Source: Eledone cirrhosa (Eukaryota). From it: a stretch of DNA of 64,000 nt. The position numbers and the translations under genes were made by a program. Shown here one piece after another: positions 56,170 through 64,000 of the stretch; position 1 is the stretch's first letter, and every line of letters starts with the position of its first letter. Location of the stretch: contig OZ024742.1 in assembly GCA_964016885.1 (NCBI GenBank), positions 377,828,001 through 377,892,000 of the forward strand, given 5' to 3'. The notes below the pieces were generated by a model. That model had not been told where the DNA came from. It did not search any database and saw nothing but the letters and a program-made list of their open reading frames with translations.

Positions 56170-59100
56170 GTCACTTGTTAAACTATCTCTACAGAAGACT
56201 AGAACATATTTCTACTTCTGTCACTTGTTAAACTATCTCTACAGAAGACTAAATCATATTTCTACTTCTGTCACTTGTTAAACTATCTCTACAGAAGACA
56301 AAACATAATTCTACTACTTTCACTTGTTAAACTATCTCTACAGAAGACTAGAACATAATTCTACTTCTTTCACTTGTTAAACTATCTCTACAGAAGACTA
56401 GAACATAATTCTACTTCTGTCACTTGTTAAACTATCTCTACAGAAGACTAGAACATAATTATACTTCTTTCACTTGTTAAACTATCTCTACAGAAGACTA
56501 GAACATAGAACATATTTCTACTTCTGTCACTTGTTAAACTATCTCTACAGAAGACTAAAACATATTTCTACTTCTGTCACTTGTTAAACTATCTCTACAA
56601 AAGACTAGAACATAATTCCACTTCTGTAACTTGTTAAACTGTCTCTACAGAATACTAGAACTTATTTCTACTTCTGTCACATGATAAACTATCTCTACAG
56701 AAGACTAGAACATATTTCTACCTCTGTCACTTGTTAAACTATCTCTACAGAAGACTAGAACATATTTCTACTTCTGTCACTTGTTAAACTATCTCTACAG
56801 AAGACTAGAACATAATTCTACTTCTGTCACTTGTTAAACTATCTCTACAGAAGACTAGAACATAATTCTACTTCTTTCACTTGTTAAACTATCTCTACAG
56901 AAGACTAGAACATAATTCTACTTCTTTCACTTGTTAATATATCTCTACAGAAGACTAGAACATAATTCTACTTCTGTCACTTGTTAAACTATCTCTACAG
57001 AAGACTAGAACATAATTCTACTTCTGTCACTTGTTAAACTATCTCTACAGAAGACTAGAACTAATTTCTACTTCTGTCAGTTGTTAAACTATCACTAAAG
57101 AAGACTTGAACATATTTCTACTTCTGTCACTTGTTAAACTATCTCTACAGAAGACTAGAACATAGAACATATTTCTGCTTCTGTCACTTGTTAAAGTATC
57201 TCTACAGAAGACTAGAACATATTACTACTTCTGTCACTTGTTAAACTATCTCTACAGAAGACTAGAACATATTTCTACTACTGTCCCTTGTTAAACTCTC
57301 TCTACAGAAGACTAGAACATATTTCTACTACTGTCCCTTGTTAAACTATCTCTACAGAAGACTAGAACATATTTCTACTTCTGTCACTTGTTAAACTATC
57401 TCTACAGAATACTACGACATATTTCTACATCTGTCACATGTTAAACTATCTCTACAGAAGACTAGAACATATTTCTTCTTCTGTTACTTGTCACACTATC
57501 TCTACAGAAGACTAGAACATAATTCTACTTCTGTCACTTGTTAACCTATCTCTACAGAAGACTAGAACATGATTCTACTACTCTCAGTTGTTAAACTACC
57601 TCTACAGAAGACAAGAACATATTTCTACTTCTGTCACTTGTTAAACTACCTCAACAGAAGAATAGAACACATTTCTACTTCTGTCACTTGTTAAACTAGC
57701 TCTAAAGAAGACTAGAACATATTTCTACTTCTGTCACATGTTAAACTATCTCTGCAGAAGACTAGAACATAGTTCTACTTCTGTCACTTGTTAAACTATC
57801 TCTACAGAAGACTAGAACGTAGAACATATTTCTACTTCTGTCACTTGTTAAACTATCTCTACATAAGACTAAATCATATTTCTACTTCTGTCACTTGTTA
57901 AACTATCTCTACAGAAGACTAGAACATAGAACATATTTCTACTTCTGTCACTTGTTAAACTATCTCTACAGAAGACTAAAACATATTTCTACTTCTGTCA
58001 CTTGTTAAACTATCTCTACAGAAGACTAGAACATATTTCTACTTCTGTCACTTGTTAAACTATCTCTACAGAAGACTAGAACGTAGAACATATTTCTACT
58101 TCTATCACTTGTTAAACTATCTCTACATAAGACTAAATCATATTACTACTTCTGTCACTTGTTAAACTATCTCTACAGAAGACAAAACATAATTCTACTT
58201 CTTTCACTTGTTAAACTATCTCTACAGAAGACTAGAACATAATTCTACTTCTTTCACTTGTTAAACTATCTCTACAGAAGACTAGAGCATAATTCTACTT
58301 CTGTCACTTGTTAAACTATCTCTACAGAAGACTAGAACATATTTCTACTTCTGTCACTTGTTAAACTATCTCTACAGAAGACTAAATCATATTTCTACTT
58401 CTGTCACTTGTTAAACTATCTCTACAGAAGACAAAACATAATTCTACTACTTTCACTTGTTAAACTATCTCTACAGAAGACTAGAACATAATTCTACTTC
58501 TTTCACTTGTTAAACTATCTCTACAGAAGACTAGAACATAATTCTACTTCTGTCACTTGTTAAACTATCTCTACAGAAGACTAGAACATAATTATACTTC
58601 TTTCACTTGTTAAACTATCTCTACAGAAGACTAGAACATAGAACATATTTCTACTTCTGTCACTTGTTAAACTATCTCTACAGAAGACTAAAACATATTT
58701 CTACTTCTGTCACTTGTTAAACTATCTCTACAGAAGACTAGAACATAATTCTACTTCTCTCACTTGTTAAACTATCTCTACAAAAGACTAGAACATAATT
58801 CCACTTCTGTAACTTGTTAAACTGTCTCTACAGAATACTAGAACTTATTTCTACTTCTGTCACATGATAAACTATCTCTACAGAAGACTAGAACATATTT
58901 CTACCTCTGTCACTTGTTAAACTATCTCTACAGAAGACTAGAACATATTTCTACTTCTGTCACTTGTTAAACTATCTCTACAGAAGACTAGAACATAATT
59001 CTACTTCTGTCACTTGTTAAACTATCTCTACAGAAGACTAGAACATAATTCTACTTCTTTCACTTGTTAAACTATCTCTACAGAAGACTAGAACATAATT

Positions 59101-60290
59101 CTACTTCTTTCACTTGTTAATCTATCTCTACAGAAGACTAGAACATAATTCTACTTCTGTCACTTGTTAAACTATCTCTACAGAAGACTAGAACATAATT
59201 CTACTTCTGTCACTTGTTAAACTATCTCTACAGAAGACTAGAACTAATTTCTACTTCTGTCAGTTGTTAAACTATCACTAAAGAAGACTTGAACATATTT
59301 CTACTTCTGTCACTTGTTAAACTATCTCTACAGAAGACTAGAACATAGAACATATTTCTGCTTCTGTCACTTGTTAAAGTATCTCTACAGAAGACTAGAA
59401 CATATTACTACTTCTGTCACTTGTTAAACTATCTCTACAGAAGACTAGAACATATTTCTACTACTGTCCCTTGTTAAACTCTCTCTACAGAAGACTAGAA
59501 CAAATTTCTACTACTGTCCCTTGTTAAACTATCTCTACAGAAGACTAGAACATATTTCTACTTCTGTCACTTGTTAAACTATCTCTACAGAATACTACGA
59601 CATATTTCTACATCTGTCACATGTTAAACTATCTCTACAGAAGACTAGAACATATTTCTTCTTGTGTTACTTGTCACACTATCTCTACAGAAGACTAGAA
59701 CATAATTCTACTTCTGTCACTTGTTAACCTATCTCTACAGAAGACTAGAACATGATTCTACTACTCTCAGTTGTTAAACTACCTCTACAGAAGACAAGAA
59801 CATATTTCTACTTCTGTCACTTGTTAAACTACCTCAACAGAAGAATAGAACACATTTCTACTTCTGTCACTTTTTAAACTATCTCTAAAGAAGACTAGAA
59901 CATATTTCTACTTCTGTCACATGTTAAACTATCTCTGCAGAAGACTAGAACATAGTTCTACTTCTGTCACTTGTTAAACTATCTCTACAGAAGACTAGAA
60001 CGTAGAACATATTTCTACTTCTGTCACTTGTTAAACTATCTCTACATAAGACTAAATCATATTTCTACTTCTGTCACTTGTTAAACTATCTCTACAGAAG
60101 ACTAGAACATAGAACATATTTCTACTTCTGTCACTTGTTAAACTATCTCTACAGAAGACTAAAACATATTTCTACTTCTGTCACTTGTTAAACTATCTCT
60201 ACAGAAGACTAGAACATATTTCTACTTCTGTCACTTGTTAAACTATCTCTACAGAAGACTAGAACGTAGAACATATTTCTACTTCTATCA
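56170..60290. repeat. Imperfect tandem duplication, unit ~2183 bp
   Basis: ACTGTCTCTA 56638/58821, CTCTCAGTTG 57581/59764 and the CAAC marker 57652/59835 give offset 2183. AATTATACTTC at 56461/58594 gives 2133, a one-monomer difference. Confidence 0.85.
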
Positions 60291-60405
60291 CTTGTTAAAC
60301 TATCTCTACAGAAGACTAGAACGTAGAACATATTTCTACTTCTGTCACTTGTTAAACTATCTCTACAGAAGACTAGAACGTAGAACATATTTCTACTTCT
60401 GTCAC
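60235..60405. repeat. Run of three consecutive 57-bp monomers (AGAACGTAGAAC type)
   Basis: AGAACGTAGAAC occurs at 60261, 60318 and 60375, spaced 57 bp apart. Confidence 0.93.
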
Positions 60406-61329
60406 TTGTTAAACTATCTCTACATAAGACTAAATCATATTTCTACTTCTGTCACTTGTTAAACTATCTCTACAGAAGACTAGAACATAGAACATATTTC
60501 TACTTCTGTCACTTGTTAAACTATCTCTACAGAAGACTAAAACATATTTCTACTTCTGTCACTTGTTAAACTATCTCTACATAAGACTAAATCATATTAC
60601 TACTTCTGTCACTTGTTAAACTATCTCTACAGAAGACAAAACATAATTCTACTTCTTTCACTTGTTAAACTATCTCTACAGAAGACTAGAACATAATTCT
60701 ACTTCTTTCACTTGTTAAACTATCTCTACAGAAGACTAGAGCATAATTCTACTTCTGTCACTTGTTAAACTATCTCTACAGAAGACTAGAACATAATTCT
60801 ACTTCTTTCACTTGTTAAACTATCTCTACAGAAGACTAGAACATAATTCTACTTCTGTCACTTGTTAAACTATCTCTACAGAAGACTAGAACATAATTCT
60901 ACTTCTGTCACATGTTAAACAATCTCTACAGAAGACTAGAACATATTTCTACTTCTGTCACTTATTAAACTATCTCTACAGAAAACTACAACATATTTCT
61001 ACTTCTGTCACTTGTTAAACTATCTCTACAGAAGACTAGAACATAATTCTACTTCTGTCACTTGTTAAACTATCTCTACAGAAGACTAGAACCTATTACT
61101 ACTACTGTCACTTGTTAAACTATCTCTACAGAAGGCTAGAACATAATTCTACTACTTTCACATTTTAAACTATCTCTACAGAAGACTAGAACATATTTCT
61201 ACTATTGTCACATGTTAACCTATCTCTACAGAAGACTAGAACATAATTCTACTTCTGTCACATGTTAAACTATCTCTACAGAAGACTAGAACATATTTCT
61301 ACTTCTGTCACTTGTTAAACTATCTCTAC

Positions 61330-62650
61330 AGAAGACTAGAACATATTTCTAAATCTGTCACTTGTTAAACTATCTCTACAGAAGACTAGAACATATTTCT
61401 ACTTCTGTCACTTGTTAAACTATCTCTACAGAAGACTAAATCATATTTCTACTTCTGTCACTTGTTAAACTATCTCTACAGAAGACAAAACATAATTCTA
61501 CTACTTTCACTTGTTAAACTATCTCTACAGAAGACTAGAACATAATTCTACTTCTTTCACTTGTTAAACTATCTCTACAGAAGACTAGAACATAATTCTA
61601 CTTCTGTCACTTGTTAAACTATCTCTACAGAAGACTAGAACATAGTTCTACTTCTTTCACTTGTTAAACTATCTCTACAGAAGACTAGAACATAGAACAT
61701 ATTTCTACTTCTGTCACTTGTTAAACTATCTCTACAGAAGACTAAAACATATTTCTACTTCTGTCACTTGTTAAACTATCTCTACAGAAGACTAGAACAT
61801 AATTCTACTTCTCTCACTTGTTAAACTATCTCTACAGAAGACTAGAACATAATTCCACTTCTGTAACTTGTTAAACTATCTCTACAGAATACTGGAACTT
61901 ATTTCTACTTCTGTCACATGATGAACTATCTCTACAGAAGACTAGAACATATTTCTACCTCTGTCACTTGTTAAACTATCTCTACAGAAGACTAGAACAT
62001 ATTCCTACTTCTGTCACTTGTTAAACTATCTCTACAGAAGACTAGAACATATTTCTAAATCTGTCACTTGTTAAACTATCTCTACAGAAGACTAGAACAT
62101 ATTTCTACTTCTGTCACTTGTTAAACTATCTCTACAGAAGACTAAATCATATTTCTACTTCTGTCACTTGTTAAACTATCTCTACAGAAGACTAGAACAT
62201 AATTCTACTTCTTTCACTTGTTAAACTATCTCTACAGAAGACTAGAACATAATTCTACTTCTGTCACTTGTTAAACTATCTCTACAGAAGACTAGAACAT
62301 AGTTCTACTTCTTTCACTTGTTAAACTATCTCTACAGAAGACTAGAACATAGAACATATTTCTACTTCTGTCACTTGTTAAACTATCTCTACAGAAGACT
62401 AAAACATATTTCTACTTCTGTCACTTGTTAAACTATCTCTACAGAAGACTAGAACATAATTCTACTTCTCTCACTTGTTAAACTATCTCTACAGAAGACT
62501 AGAACATAATTCCACTTCTGTAACTTGTTAAACTATCTCTACAGAATACTGGAACTTATTTCTACTTCTGTCACATGATAAACTATCTCTACAGAAGACT
62601 AGAACATATTTCTACCTCTGTCACTTGTTAAACTATCTCTACAGAAGACT
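61330..62650. repeat. Short tandem duplication, unit 657-706 bp (13-14 monomers)
   Basis: Private variant ACTGGAACTT is at 61891/62548 (offset 657). TCTAAATC is at 61351/62057 (offset 706, because the 49-mer is missing from the second copy). Confidence 0.85.
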
Positions 62651-64000
62651 AGAACATATTTCTACTTCTGTCACTTGTTAAACTATCTCTACAGAAGACT
62701 AGAACATAATTCTACTTCTGTCACTTGTTAAACTATCTCTACAGAAGACTAGAACATAATTCTACTTCTTTCACTTGTTAAACTATCTCTACAGAAGACT
62801 AGAACATAATTCTACTTCTTTCACTTGTTAATCTATCTCTACAGAAGACTAGAACATAATTCTACTTCTGTTACTTGTTAAACTATCTCTACAGAAGACT
62901 AGAACATAATTCTACTTCTGTCACTTGTTAAACTATCTCTACAGAAGACTAGAACTAATTTCTACTTCTGTCAGTTGTTAAACTATCACTAAAGAAGACT
63001 TGAACATATTTCTACTTCTGTCACTTGTTAAACTATCTCTACAGAAGACTAGAACATAGAACATATTTCTGCTTCTGTCACTTGTTAAAGTATCTCTACA
63101 GAAGACTAGAACATATTACTACTTCTGTCACTTGTTAAACTATCTCTACAGAAGACTAGAACATATTTCTACTACTGTCCCTTGTTAAACTCTCTCTACA
63201 GAAGACTAGAACATATTTCTACTACTGTCCCTTGTTAAACTATCTCTACAGAAGACTAGAACATATTTCTACTTCTGTCACTTGTTAAACTATCTCTACA
63301 GAATACTACGACATATTTCTACATCTGTCACATGTTAAACTATCTCTACAGAAGACTAGAACATATTTCTTCTTCTGTTACTTGTCACACTATCTCTGCA
63401 GAAGACTAGAACATAATTCTACTTCTGTCACTTGTTAACCTATCTCTACAGAAGACTAGAACATGATTCTACTACTCTCACTTGTTAAACTACCTCTACA
63501 GAAGACAAGAACATATTTCTACTTCTGTCACTTGTTAAACTACCTCAACAGAAGAATAGAACACATTTCTACTTCTGTCACTTGTTAAACTATCTCTAAA
63601 GAAGACTAGAACATATTTCTACTTCTGTCACATGTTAAACTATCTCTGCAGAAGACTAGAACATAGTTCTACTTCTGTCACTTGTTAAACTATCTCTACA
63701 GAAGACTAGAACGTAGAACATATTTCTACTTCTGTCACTTGTTAAACTATCTCTACATAAGACTAAATCATATTTCTACTTCTGTCACTTGTTAAACTAT
63801 CTCTACAGAAGACTAGAACATAGAACATATTTCTACTTCTGTCACTTGTTAAACTATCTCTACAGAAGACTAAAACATATTTCTACTTCTGTCACTTGTT
63901 AAACTATCTCTACAGAAGACTAGAACATAATTCTACTTCTTTCACTTGTTAAACTATCTCTACAGAAGACTAGAACATATCTACTTCTTTCACTTATTAA

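Larger units (their letters stand above)
1..64000. repeat. Tandem satellite array, 50-bp monomer (consensus TACTTCTGTCACTTGTTAAACTATCTCTACAGAAGACTAGAACATATTTC), ~1,260-1,270 head-to-tail copies, open at both window ends
   Basis: The same 50-mer recurs at 1, 51, 101, 151 and so on to the end of the window in one orientation. Most monomers differ from consensus by 0-3 substitutions. Phase shifts are explained by +7, -1 and -2 bp monomer variants. No non-repeat sequence was seen. Confidence 0.99.
29701..64000. repeat. Right sub-array (variant lineage R) of the 50-bp satellite
   Basis: Carries variants TACATAAGAC (from 29861 onward), TAAACAATCT (from ~31036), AACTGATTTCTACATC (from ~34606), AACCTATTACTACTAC (from ~35526) and AACTCTCTCT (from ~33670). 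I did not see these left of ~29.7 kb. Confidence 0.85.

Noticed and set aside
60235-60462. 75-aa ORF from the ORF track (MLNYLYRRLERRTYFYF...)
   Set aside because: It starts at a TTG inside the repeat and is simply the translation of three in-frame 57-bp monomers plus flank. There is no promoter, RBS or splice context and no recognisable domain.
1-64000. Repetitive protein-coding gene or large repeat exon
   Set aside because: 50 is not a multiple of 3, stop codons occur throughout, and the supplied six-frame track lists only one short ORF in 64 kb.
1-64000. Mobile element (MITE or piggyBac, given TTAA in nearly every monomer and short inverted repeats) or telomeric repeat
   Set aside because: There are no terminal inverted repeats bounding a distinct element, no target-site duplications and no transposase. 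TTAA is just part of the monomer. There is no short G-rich telomere motif.
1-64000. Nucleosome-phasing interpretation (3 x 50 = 150 bp; about five helical turns per monomer)
   Set aside because: This is only a numerical coincidence. I see no trimer periodicity among variants and no phased A-tracts, so it cannot be supported without MNase data.
1-64000. Monomer variants as sequencing noise, or as an information-storing variable cassette system
   Set aside because: Variants recur in identical order at exact offsets, so they are not random errors. They are fully explained by inheritance through block duplication, and no recombinase, reverse transcriptase or expression site is present to suggest programmed variation.

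Overview
The whole 64 kb window is one uninterrupted, head-to-tail satellite-type tandem array. It has about 1,260-1,270 copies of a 50-bp monomer, consensus TACTTCT(G/T)TCACTTGTTAAACTATCTCTACAGAAGACTAGAACATA(T/A)TTC. The consensus is about 32% GC, has 11 C vs 5 G on the + strand and contains no CpG. I see no genes, RNA genes, transposons, inversions or unique DNA; the single ORF is a by-product of three adjacent 57-bp monomers. I cannot name the organism or repeat family, although the architecture is typical of eukaryotic satellite DNA. The information lies in the variants. (i) The monomer looks like an old dimer of a ~25-bp unit with a 6-bp micro-inversion, which creates a hairpin-capable dyad. 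(ii) Length variants (57, 49, 48 bp) all map to that dyad. (iii) Variant monomers recur in a fixed order, forming a variable ~3-kb higher-order repeat. (iv) That repeat has been reshaped by overlapping tandem duplications with offsets of 207, 657, 1357, 2139, 2183, 3118, 3676, 3804 and ~6783 bp. (v) Two sub-lineages of the array meet at a seam near 29.7-30.1 kb. I found no evidence for a novel protein-coding or CRISPR-like system. All offsets were read by eye from diagnostic variants, and block edges are approximate to within one or two monomers.
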